Positions 24,228 to 35,884 of a stretch of 64,000 nucleotides of DNA are shown piece by piece. The notes below the pieces were generated by a model. It had not been told where the DNA came from. It worked only from the letters and a program-made list of their open reading frames with translations, and did no database searches. Made by a program: the position numbers and the translations under genes. The stretch spans positions 114,268,001 through 114,332,000 of the forward strand of contig NC_086107.1 in NCBI RefSeq assembly GCF_963921235.1. The letters are read 5' to 3'. How positions within the stretch are numbered: position 1 is the stretch's first letter; every line of letters starts with the position of its first letter. This DNA is from Mobula hypostoma (Eukaryota).

Positions 24228-26965
24228 AGGGCAGGAATGGATTCTCAATATTCCTGGATTTCAGTGCTTTAAAAGGGATTGGGGGGGGAAGGGGAGGAGG
24301 GGTGGCATTACTGGTCAGGGATACTATTACAGCTACAGAAAGGGTGGGTAATGTAGCGGGATCCTCTTTTGAGTCAGTATGGGTGGAAGTCAGGAACAGG
24401 AAGGGAGCAGTTACTCTATTGGGGGTATTCTATAGGCCCCCTGGTAGCAACAGAGATACCGAGGAGCAGATTGGGAGGCAGATTTTGGAAAAGTGCAAAA
24501 ATAACAGGGTTGTTATCATGGGTGACTTTAACTTCCCTGATATTGATTGGCACCTGATTAGTTCCAAGGGTTTAGATGGGGCAGAGTTTGTTAAGTGTGT
24601 CCAGGATGGATTCCTGTCACAGTATGTGGACAGGCCGACCGGGGGAATGCCATACTAGATCTAGGACTAGGTAATGAACCGGGTCAGGTCACAGATCTCT
24701 CAGTGGGTGAGCATCTGGGGGACAGTGACCACCGCTCCCTGGCCTTTAGCATTATCATGGAAAAGGATAGAATCAGAGAGGACAGGAAAATTTTTAATTG
24801 GGGAAAGGCAAATTATGAGGCTATAAGGCTAGAACCTGCGGGTGTGAATTGGGATGATATTTTTGCAGGGAAATGTACTATGGACATGTGATCAATGTTT
24901 AGAGATCTCTTGCAGGATGTAAGGGATAAATTTGTCCCGGTGAGGAAGATAAAGAATGGTAGGGTGAAGGAACCATGGGTGACAAGTGAGGTGGAAAATC
25001 TAGTCAGGTGGAAGAAAGCGGCATACATGAGGTTTAGGAGCAAGGATCAGATGGGTCTATTGAGGAATATAGGGTAGCAAGAAAGGAGCTTAAGAAGGGG
25101 CTGAGAAGAGCAAGAAGGGGGCATGAGAAGGCCTTGGTGAGTAGGGTAAAGGAAAACCCCAAGGCATTCTTCAATTATGTGAAGAACAAAAGGATGACAG
25201 GATTGAAGGTAGGACCGATCAGTGATAAAGGTGGGAAGATGTGCCTGGAGGCTGTGGAAGTGAGCGAGGTCCTCAATAAATACTTCTCTTCGGTATTCAC
25301 CAATGAGAGGGAACTTAATGAAGGTGAGGACAATATGAGTGAGGTTGATGTTCTGGAGCATGTTGATATTAAGGGAGAAGAGGTGTTGGAGTTGTTAAAC
25401 TACATTAGGACGGATAAGTCCCCAGGACCTGACGGAATATTCCCCAGGCTGCTCCACGAGGCGAGGGAAGAGATTGCTGAGCCTCTGGCTAGGATCTTTA
25501 TGTCCTCATTGTCCACAGGAATGGTACCGGAGGATTGGAGGGAAGCGAATGTTGTCCCCTTGTTCAAAAAAGGTAGTAGAGATAGTCCGGGTAATTATAG
25601 ACCAATGAGCCTTACGTCTGTGGTGGGAAAGCTGTTGGAAAGGATTCTTAGAGATAGGATCTATGGGCATTTAGAGAATCGTGGTCTGATCAGGGACAGT
25701 CAGCATGGCTTTGTGAAGGGCAGATCGTGTCTAACAAGCCTGATAGAGTTCTTTGAGGAGGTGACCAGACCTATGGATGAGGGTAGTGCAGTGGATGTGA
25801 TCTATATGGATCTTAGTAAGGCATTTGACAAGGTTCCACACGGTAGGCTTATTCAGAAAGTTAGAAGACATGGGATCCAGGGAAATTTGGCCAGGTGGAT
25901 TCAGAATTAGCTTGCCTGCAGAAGGCAGAGGGTCGTGGTGGAGGGAGTACATTCAGATTGGAGGATTGTGACTAGTGATGTCCCACAAGGATCTGTTTTG
26001 GGATCTCTATTTTTCGTGATTTTCATTAACGACCTGGATGTGGGGGTAGAAGGGTGGGTTGGCAAGTTTGCAGACGACACAAAGGTTGGTGGTGTTGTGG
26101 ATAGTGTAGAGGATTGTCAAAGATTGCAGAGAGACATTGATAGGCTGCAGAAGTGGGCTGAGTAGTGGCAGTTGGAGTTCAACCTGGAGAAGTGTGAGGT
26201 GGTACACTTTGGAAGGACAAACTCCAAGGCAGAGTACAAAGTAAATGGCAGGATACTTGGTAGTGTGGAGGAGCAGGGGGATCTGGGGGTACATGTCCAC
26301 AGATCCCTGAAAGTTGCCTCACAGGTAGATGGATAGTTAAGAAACCTTATGGGTTGTTAGCTTTCATAAGTTGAAGGATAGAGTTTAAGAGTCGCGAGGT
26401 AATGATGCAACTCTATAAAACTCTGGTTAGGCCACACTTGGAGTACTGTGTCCAGTTCTGGTCACCTCACTATAGGAAGGATGTGGAAGCTTTGGAAAGG
26501 GTACAGAGGAGATTTACCAGGATGCTGCCTGGTTTAGGAAGTATGGATTATGATCAGAGATTAAGGGAGCTAGGGCTTTACTCTTTGGAGAGAAGGAGGA
26601 TGAGAGGAGACATGATAGAGGTGTACAAGATAATAAGAGGAATAGATAGAGTGGATAGCCAGCACCTCTTTCCCCAGGGCACCACTGCTCAATACAAGAG
26701 GACATGGCTTTAAGGTAATGGTGGAAAGTTCAAGGGGGATATTAGAGGAAGGTTTTTTACTCAGAGAGTGGTTGGTGCGTGGAATGCACTGCCTGAGTCA
26801 GTGGTGGAGGCAGATACACTAGTGAAATTTAAGAGACTACTAGACAGATATATGGAGGAATTTAAGGTGGGGGGTTATTTGGGAGGCAGGGTTTGAGGGT
26901 CGGCACAACATTGTGGGCCAAAGGGCCTGTACTGTGCTGCACTATTCTATGTTCTATGTTCTATA
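24228..26965 (+). mobile_element. CR1 LINE, 5'-truncated near-complete ORF2 (decayed)
   Basis: Endonuclease (FYRPP, GDFN, SDH), RT (KAFDKVPH, PQGSVLG, FADD), (TTCTATG)n tail; splits the ERV integrase C-terminus. Confidence 0.93.
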
Positions 26966-28294
26966 AGGACCTTCCCATCAAGCACCCTGTGGCTCCTTGT
27001 GTGGTTTTTTGATCAGGACCCACTCATCTGGAACCAAGATGTGTCCACCTTTCGTCGGTTCACCCCAAGCTGCAGAAAGCAGACTGTACACTTTGGGTTA
27101 ATTTCTTACAATAGTTAACTTATCTAAATATCACGATATGTAGAGTAACACACACACAAAATGCTGGAGGAACTTAGCAGGTCAGGCAGCATCTGTGGAA
27201 AGGAAGAAGGAATCAAAGCCTGAGACCTTTTATGAGGACTCATTACTCGTTATTTATTTCAGCCTCTCTGAGATCAAAAGCTCCTGGTAATGGCTTGAAT
27301 CGCTCTGTTACTCCCTTGGATGAACTTAATCTAGTTTTCTTGTTTGGAGTTGCTGTGCTGCTTAGGAAGTTGTCATAGCTCATGGTACTTCCTCGTGATA
27401 CTTAGTCAGTCATTGTTTGATGAATCCATTCTTTGTTCTACTTCCCCTGTTAATGTGATGTGATGTGATGATGTGAACCATGGAGGGACAATTCAGCATC
27501 TGTCCATTGACATCATCCCTGACAAACACTCCCAGTGAAATGTGTTCCTTCTTCGGCGTCAATGTGACATGACAATCCCCATCAAGGAATATAGTCCTTG
27601 CTCAGAGTTTTTGCTGTGTTTGCGGCAGTGTTTTTTTTTTCCTTACTGGAATTGTTTCACCCATCTCGAAAAGCTGGCCAATGTCTGAGTACCTGATGTA
27701 ATCCACTTGTCAAAGATACATCTGAAACTGCTCGTTAAATCCGTGTCGTCAGATCAAGATCTCCTGGTGTTTCTGGGTCAGATGGTTGAACTTCAGTTTG
27801 TCCCTATTGTCCATCCTGTTCTTTTATGCCAACAATTTTTTGTCCAATGCCTTCTTTTACCACATCAGGGCTTCCCAACCTTTTTTATGCCATGGACCAA
27901 AACTATTAGGCAAGGGGTCCAGGGGGCCCAGGTTGGGAAGCCCCACAGAGTGTCTGTCTCGGCAGTGTGGCTCAGACCGAGGTTGCAGCGATGCACACTG
28001 TGAATTCCAGTCCTGCTGTTTCTGTAGGCTAATTGGTGTTGTCTGTCAATTAACAGATAACAACCCCACCTGTAATTTAGACCTCATTTGGATTTCAATA
28101 TCTATCTACTTGTATCATGCTACTTGTTTGGCAACTTGTATTAGCTCACTGTATGAGACGCTGGCTTCACTCCAATCCAATTTCGTCAGCGTCACCATTA
28201 TGATAACATCTGCTTTCAGGCCATCCGTAAAATTTGACTTTGAGGATCCACAAGTAGATTCCTCGATGTCATCTTCATCGATGCAGCTGTGGAG

Positions 28295-28700
28295 AAGGCA
28301 AGACGGTGGCTATATTTCATTAGGAGTTTGAGGAGATTTCGTTTGTCAACTGAAACACTGGAAAACTTCTGCAAATGTACCGTGCAGAGATTCTGACTGG
28401 CAGCATCACCGTCTGGTGTGGACGGGGTGGGGGCGCGCGGTGGAGGCTACTGCACAGGACAGAAGTAAGTTGCAGAAACTTGGAAAATTAGTCAGCTCCA
28501 TCATGGGTACTGGCCCCTGTGGTGTCCAAGACATCTTCAAGGAGCGGTGCCTTTGGAAGGATCCCACCACCCAGGACATGCCCTCTTCTCATTGCTACTG
28601 TCAGCAAGGAGGTACTGTAGCCTGAAGGTACGCACTCAGCGATTCAGGAACAACTTCTTCCCCTCTGCCATCTGATTTCAGGTTGGACATTGAATCTATG
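28295..28700 (+). mobile_element. Rex1/Babar LINE 3' fragment
   Basis: AQDRSKLQK...VSSIMG...QDIFKERCL..KDP, homologous to other Rex1 3' ends in the window. Confidence 0.7.
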
Positions 28701-28965
28701 AACACCACCTCTCCACTTCTTTTATTTCTGTGTTTTTTCCACTAATTTTAACTTTACATAAAATACTTAGTTCAGGTAGGAGCCAAAACCCTCAACCATC
28801 TGTTCATACATAAAAACTGGAGGTTCGGTTCCCTATTTCTGTCATGGGCTTGACTGCCTTGGCCTTCATCATTGTCATCCTCACATGAGTTTCTAGAGGT
28901 TGCTGTAGGGGCCACAACATGTCTGTCTCATAATTCCTCCGAGTTTGGATGTTGGTGCTGCCACA

Positions 28966-30163
28966 GAGGCCTGTCCAATGTAGGAGGCGTCTCCCGAGGA
29001 GGCCTGTCCAATGTAGGGGGCGTCTCCCGAGGAGGCCTGTCCAATGTAAGGGGCGTTTCCCGAGGAGGCCTGTCCAATGTAGGGGGCGTCTCCCGAGGAG
29101 GCCTGTCCAATGTAGGGGGCGTTTCCCGAGGAGGCCTGTCCAATGTAGGGGGCGTCTCCCGAGGAGGCCTGTCCAATGTAGGGGGCGTCTCCCGAGGAGG
29201 CCTGTCCAATGTAGGGGGCGTCTCCCGAGGAGGCCTGTCCAATGTAGGGGGCGTTTCGCGAGGAGGCCTGTCCAATGTAGGGGGCGTTTCGCGAGGAGGC
29301 CTGTCCAATGTAGGGGGCGTTTCGCGAGGAGGCCTGTCCAATGTAGGGGGCGTTTCGCGAGGAGGCCTGTCCAATATAGGGGGCGTTTCCCGAAGAGGCC
29401 TGTCCAATGTAGGGGGCGTTTCGCGAGGAGGCCTGTCCAATGTAGGGGGCGTTTCGCGAGGAGACCTGTCCAATATAGGGGGCGTTTCGCGAGGAGGCCT
29501 GTCCAATGTAAGGGGCGTTTCCCGAGGAGGACTGTCCAATGTAGGGGGCGTTTCCCGAGGAGGACTGTCCAATGTAGGGGGCGTTTCCCGAGGAGGACTG
29601 TCCAATGTAGGGGGCGTTTCCCGAGGAGGCCTGTCCAATGTAGGGGGCGTTTCGCGAGGAGGCCTGTCCAATGTAGGGGGCGTTTCGTGAGGAGGCCTGT
29701 CCAATGTAGGGGGCGTTTCGCGAGGAGGCCTGTCCAATGTAGGGGGCGTTTCCCGAAGAGGCCTGTCCAATGTAGGGGGCGTTTCGCGAGGAGGCCTGTC
29801 CAATGTAGGGGGCGTTTCGCGAGGAGGCCTGTCCAATATAGGGGGCGTTTCGCGAGGAGGCCTGTCCAATGTAAGGGGCGTTTCCCGAGGAGGCCTGTCC
29901 AATGTAGGGGGCGTTTCCCGAGGAGGCCTGTCCAATGTAGGGGGCGTTTCCCGAGGAGGCCTGTCCAATGTAGGGGGCGTTTCGCGAGGAGGCCTGTCCA
30001 ATATAGGGGGCGTTTCGCGAGGAGGCCTGTCCAATGTAGGGGGCGTTTCGCGAGGAGGACTGTCCAATGTAGGGGGCGTTTCCCGAGGAGGACTGTCCAA
30101 TGTAGGGGGCGTTTCGCGAGGAGGCCTGTCCAATGTAGGGGGCGTTTCGCGAGGAGGACTGTC
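28966..30163. repeat. 33-bp GC/CpG-rich minisatellite, about 36 copies
   Basis: Unit GAGGCCTGTCCAATGTAGGGGGCGTTTCGCGAG head-to-tail with no spacers; explains the 11-aa periodic ORFs. Confidence 0.97.
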
Positions 30164-30459
30164 ACTTTGTGCTCACTCTTACTGTCAACCTGGACGATAC
30201 AGTCTGATGAAAATTGTATTGCCATCCCACTAGCTGTTAAAACTTACAGTTTAAGATGGAATTGGTGAAGCTCAGCGACTACCAATTGGTGGCAAACAAG
30301 ACAAAGAGAGCAACTAAAGACTTTATTAATAAAACTATTTTCTGGTAAATGATCTTGGCAAGCAGTACACAAAAATCTGCAGATGCTGGAAATCGAAGGC
30401 AATGCACACAAAATGCTGGAGGAACTCAGCAGGCCAGGCAGCATCTTTGGAAAAGATTC

Positions 30460-31311
30460 AAGATTCAAAATTCAAAAACTTTATTGTCATTCTAACCATA
30501 CATCAGCTCTGCAGGGCAGAATGAGACAGCGTTTCCCAGGAGCAGTGCAATCATAACATAACAAACGCAACACTAAATAATAAACATAACAATAACTAGT
30601 AAAACACAACAGCCATATGTCAGTTAAAATCAAGTTATAAGTGTCCAGTGCAAGTTAAAAGTGTCCAAAGCAGAGTCAGGTAGAGCAGCTATTTAGCAGT
30701 CTGACTGCCTGTGGGAGGAAGCTGTTTAGTAGCCTTGTGGTTTTAGTTTTGATGCTCCTGTAACGTTTGCCTGATGGCACAAGAACAAACAGTTCATGGA
30801 GATGGTGTGAGGGGTCTTTAATGATGTACTGTGTTTTCTGGAGGCATCGACTCTGAAAGAGGTCTTGGACAGAATGTAGGGAGACCCCAGTAACCTTCTC
30901 TGCTCCCCTAACCACCCTCTGCAAGGCTTTTTTGTCGACAGCACTGCAGCTGGAGTACCAGGTTGTGATGCAAAAGGTCAGCACACTCTCGACCACGCCT
31001 CTGTAGAATGTAGTTAAGATGTTAGTGGGGAGTGATGCTTGTTTAAGCTTCCTCAGAAAGTGCAATCTCTGCTGGGCCCGTTTTACAATCCCAGTGGTGT
31101 TCCTGGACCAGGTGAGATTGTCCGAGATCTGCACCCCAAGGAACTTGATGTTTTCCACTCTCTCCACTGTGGAGCCGCTGATGCTGAGGGGTGTGTGCTC
31201 AGGCTGAGACCGTCTGAAATCAACGATCATCTCCTTGGTTTTGGTGACATTAAGCATCAAGTTGTTATCCCTGCACCAGCTCTCTAGGTGTTTGACCTCC
31301 TCCCTATACAT
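30460..31311 (-). mobile_element. Rex1/Babar LINE 3' portion
   Basis: YREEVKHLESWCRDNNLMLNVTKTKEMIVDFR...KFLGV..RAQQRLHFLRKL...SFLPQAVRLLN; 3' UTR with AATAAA and (TTGAAT)-type tail. Confidence 0.9.
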
Positions 31312-33227
31312 TGTTTAATCACTTTCATCAAAAGAGTAAACAGTCGAAGTTCTGGGCTGAAACTCCGACTGTTGACTGCAAACGATAACTCCCCTTCTGC
31401 AACTGAGCTTTCGAGGCACCTGTACGGCCTGGCATTTTTGTGCTGTGAACGGAAGCCTTGAAGGTGCAGTACAATTGCGGCAGCACAGACTGAACCGAGG
31501 TGGCAGAATCCAGGGGATTCCATGCTGCAAAACTGAGACAAAGCAGAGCCCGGGACCACGCCCAAGGGTGAGGAAAGACTCAAAGTTTGATCAATTTAAG
31601 CGCCTGGCTGAATTGGAAAGGCCGGGTGTGGGACAAATCAAGGAAGCAGGGCCCTGGTTCAAGAGCAAGGACCAACACGATGTTTAAACATTTTAAGCAC
31701 AGAGCCAGATTGAAAAGATCAGGGTGTCGGGGGCAGAGGTGAGGAACAGGCCAGGTCAGATTGCTGCTCTGTGACGTTTACTCTGCTCTGCGCTGAACTG
31801 AGGCTGCGGCCTGCTCATGAATCAGCTGTAGTGAGGCCTGGCTTCAGTGACTGTGACACACTTTTGTGAGCTTCGGTTCTGAATGCAACTATTTGCTTAC
31901 TTTTATTGTTTACGCGATTTGTTTTTTTCTCTCGCTGCACAGCAAGTGTTCGACGGTCTTCTGTTTTTAATGGGTTCTATTGGGTTTCTGTGTTTTGTGG
32001 CTGCCTGTAAGGAGACAAATCTCAAGGTTATACAAAGTATACATACTTTTTACACCCTAATCCAACAAGCCATTCCTGAACCCAGTGGGATGGGACTTCA
32101 AGTTTCTTCCTGCCCAATGGTAGCTGAGAGAAGATGGCGCGTCCCAACTGGTAGTGATCTTTACCCCTCACCATCCAGAAGGGTATTTTCTAGGATTAGA
32201 CTGACAATGTAGAATCCTCTAGGCCATCAAATGGTCTCAAACTGTTGACGATCCTATCATAAGTCAAGCTGATGTTTGACTCCATTTCACCGATTAAACT
32301 GACAGGGGAAACTGAAGCCTTTGAGGCGAGTGTGGAAGGTGAGTGCTGGCTGCTTGCCTTTTGATCGCTGAGGATCGCTCTGCTGCATTACCAGTGAGGG
32401 GAGAGTCTGCCACTGTGCCCGGAGAATGTTAGCCAGGTTTTCTGCACTTTGGATGTGGACTTGGACTGTAGACTTCTTTCGATCTTATAGTTTTTTCATA
32501 TTCTTTGTATTTTGCCCAATCTTGGTTTTTCTTTGCGCGGAAGGAGGGACTTGAGGGGATGATGATGGTGCCACCTGTTTTTTTTTCTTTCTTGGTTTCA
32601 TGGCTACCCAGAGAAGAAGAATTATTACAGTTGTACACTTTGATAATAAACGAACCTTAGAAACCACATTGTCAACATGGTTGGATCAGACTGGAAAATC
32701 GATCAATAGATCAGCAGATTTATCTGGCTCATGCGGTCACCTCATTTCACAATTGATTGCAGTAACTAATCTGCAGATTACATTTCAAGGTCAAAACTAG
32801 GCTGGGTTTATTGTCCCTGGAGCAGATGAGGCTGAGGGGCAAGATAGTGGAGGTGGACACAATGATGAGAGGGATGGATGAGATAACTAAAAGCACAGGG
32901 TAAAAATTATCTCCATTGAAGAATTTACCCAGTTTCACTGTAGTTTACTGTAAAGGAATTTCATTGCCAAGTTGCTGTGAGAGATTTTACGCAATTATCA
33001 AACAGAAATGAATACTAGACCTCGGTATACAGTTAACCCTTTACCACATCAGAATCTGGTTTATTATCACTGGCATGTGTTGTGAAATTTGTTAACTTAG
33101 CAGCAGCAGTTCAATGCAATACATAATACAGAGAAAGGGGGGAAATAAAATAATAATAAATAAGTAAATAAATTACAGTATACGTATATTGACTAGATCA
33201 AAAATCATACAAAAACAGCAATAATAT

Positions 33228-35640
33228 ATAGAAACATAGAAAACGTACAGCACAACACAGGCCCTTTGGCCCACAAAGTTGTGCCAAACATGTCCCTACC
33301 TTAGAAATTACTAGGGTTACCCATAGCCCTCTATTTTTCTAAGCTCCATGTACCTATCCAAAAGTCTCTTAAAAGACCCTATTGTATCCGCCTCCACCGT
33401 CATTGCCGGCAGCGCATTCCACGCACTCACCATTCTCTGAGTAAAAAACTTACCCCTGACATCTCCTCTGTACCTACTCCCCAATACCTTAAACCTGAGT
33501 CCTCTTGTGGCAACCATTTCAGCCCTGGGAAAAAGCCTCTGACTATCCACACGATCAATGCCTCTCATCATCTTATACACCTCTATCAGGTCACCTCTCA
33601 TCCTCCGTCACTCCAAGGAGAAAAGGCCGAGTTCACTCAACCTATTCTCGTAAGGCATGCTCCCCAGTCCAGGCAACATCCTTGTAAATCTCCTCTGCAC
33701 CCTTTCTATGGTTTCCACATCCTTCCTGTAGTGAGGCGACCAGAACTGAGCACAGTACTCCAAGTGGGGTCTGACCAGGGTCCTATATAGCTGCAACATT
33801 ACCTCTCGGCTCCTAAATTCAATTCCATGATTGATGAAGACCAATACACCGTATGCCTTCTTAACCACAGAGTCAACCTGCGCAGCTGCTTTGAGCATCC
33901 TATGGACTCAGACCCCAAGATCCTCCACACTGCCAAGAATCTTACCATTATTACTATATTCTGCCATCATTTTTGACCAACCAAAATGAACCACCTCACA
34001 CTTATCTGGGTTGAACTCCATCTGCCACTTCTCAGCCCAGTTTTTCATCCTATCAATGTCCCACTGTAACCTCTGACAGCCCTCCACACTACCCACAACA
34101 CCCCCAACCCTTGTGTCATCAGCAAATTTACCAACCCATCCCTCCACTTCCTCATCCAGGTCATTTATAAAAATCACAAAGAGTAAGGGTCCCAGAACAG
34201 ATCCCTGAGGCACACCACTAGTCACCAACCTCCATAAAGAATATGACCAGCCTACAACCACTCTTTGCCTTCTGTGGGCAAGCCAGTTCTGGATCCACAA
34301 AGCAATGTCCCCTTGGATCCCATGCCTCCTTACTTTCTCAATAAGCCTTGCATGGTGTACCTTATCAAATGCCTTGCCGAAATCCATATACACTACATCT
34401 ACTGCTCTTCCTTCATCAATGTGTTTAGTCACATCCTCAAAAAATTCAATAAGGTTTATAAGGCACAACCTGCCCTTGACAAAGCCATGCTGACTATTCC
34501 TAATCATATTATACCTCTCCAAATGTTCATAAATCCTGCCTCTCAGGATCTTCTCCATCAACTTACCAACCACTGAAGTAAGACTCACTAGTCTATAATT
34601 TTCTGGGCTATCTCTACTCCCTTTCTTGAATAAGGGAACAACATCTGCAACCCTCCAATCCTCCAGAACCTCTCCTGTCCCCATTGATGATGCAAAGCAA
34701 TCTCCTCCCTCGCCTCCCACAGTAGCCTGGGGTACATCTCATCCAGTCCTGGTAACTTATCCAACTTGATGCTTTCCAAAAGTTCCAGCACATCCTCTTT
34801 CCTAATATCTACATGCTCAAGCTTTTCAGTCCGCTGCAAGTCATCACTACAATCACCAAGATCCTTTTTCATAGTGAATACTGAAGTAAAATATTCATTA
34901 AGTACCTCTGCTACTTCCTCCAGTTCCATACACGCTTTCCCACTGTCACAGTTTATAGGTCCTATTTTTTCATGTCTTATCCTCTTGCTCTTCACATACT
35001 TGTAGAATGCCTTGGGGTTTTCCTTAATCCTGCCCACCTAGGCCTTCTCATGGCCCATTCTGGCTCTCCTAATTTCCTTCTTAAGCTCCTTCCTGTTAGC
35101 CTTATAATCTTCTAGATCCCTAACATTATCTAGCTCTCTGAACCTTTCGTAAGCTTTTCTTCTTGACTAGATTTACTACAGCCTTTGTACACCACGGTTC
35201 CTGTACCCTACCATAACTTCCCTGTCTCATTGGAACGTACCTATGCAGAACTCCACACAAATATCCCCTGAACATTTGCCATATTTCTTCCGTACCTTTC
35301 CCTGAGAACATCTGTTCCCAATTTAAGCTTCCAAGTTCCTGCCTGATAGCCTGATAATTCCCCTTACTCCAATTAAACACTTTTCTATTTCTTTCCAATG
35401 CTATTGTAAAGGAGATAGAATTATGATCACTATCTCCAAATTGCTCTCCCACTGAGAGATCTGACACCTGACCAGGTTCATTTCCCAAAACCAAATCAAG
35501 TACAGTCTCTCCACTTGTAGGCTTATCTACATATTGTGCCAAGAAACCTTCTTGAACACAGCTAACAAACTCCACCCCATCTAAACCTCTTGCTCTAGGG
35601 AAATGCCAATCGATATTTGGGGAATTAAAATCTCCCAACA
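33228..35640 (-). mobile_element. CR1 LINE, 5'-truncated
   Basis: GDFN...SDH, KAFDKV, GVPQGSVLGP, FADD and LVRPHLEYC motifs in ORFs 33317-35674. Confidence 0.93.
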
Positions 35641-35870
35641 GGAAGATTACAGGAAGTCCAGGATCCAGCTGCATAAGGCAGGGTCAAGGCCGAGGTCTCT
35701 GGGCTTCCTGTCGAGCCTGGATGGAACTATGGTGTTGAATGCTGAACTGTAGTCCAAGAACAGCATTCTCACATAAACATCCTTCTTCTCCTGATGTGTA
35801 AGGACGGTACGTAGAGCAGTGGCTATTGTGTGGTCTGGTAATTGGTTGTGTCAGTAGGCAAATTGCTTTG
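35640..35870 (-). mobile_element. Rex1/Babar RT fragment
   Basis: Minus strand reads YVRMLFLDYSSAFNTI. Confidence 0.7.
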
Positions 35871-35884
35871 GGGGGGGGGTCCAG

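Larger units (their letters stand above)
23020..30360 (-). mobile_element. Endogenous retrovirus relic 1 (gag remnant, integrase, PPT, 3' LTR), interrupted by CR1/Rex1/minisatellite
   Basis: Hand-translated minus strand: SKSNFTDGLKADV..DW..SELIQVAK (~28110-28260, capsid C-terminus-like); TAKTLSKDYIP*WGLSCHIDAEEGTHFTGSVCQ (~27515-27630, integrase core); EWVLIKK...*WEGPY (26963-27025) resuming as VLLITN across the CR1 (~24210-24229); purine tract GGCGGGGGGCGGGGAG then TGTTGG at 23845. Outer limits uncertain. Confidence 0.7.

Noticed and set aside
28966..30163. CRISPR-like array or repeat-protein gene (ORFs of 272-473 aa)
   Set aside because: Units are contiguous with no unique spacers, no cas genes are present and the context is a vertebrate intron; the ORFs follow from a 33-bp unit with few stops.
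30676..31311. ALKBH8 N-terminal (DUF1891)-like gene
   Set aside because: This domain is the C-terminal part of Rex1/Babar ORF2; numerous decayed copies lie across the window.
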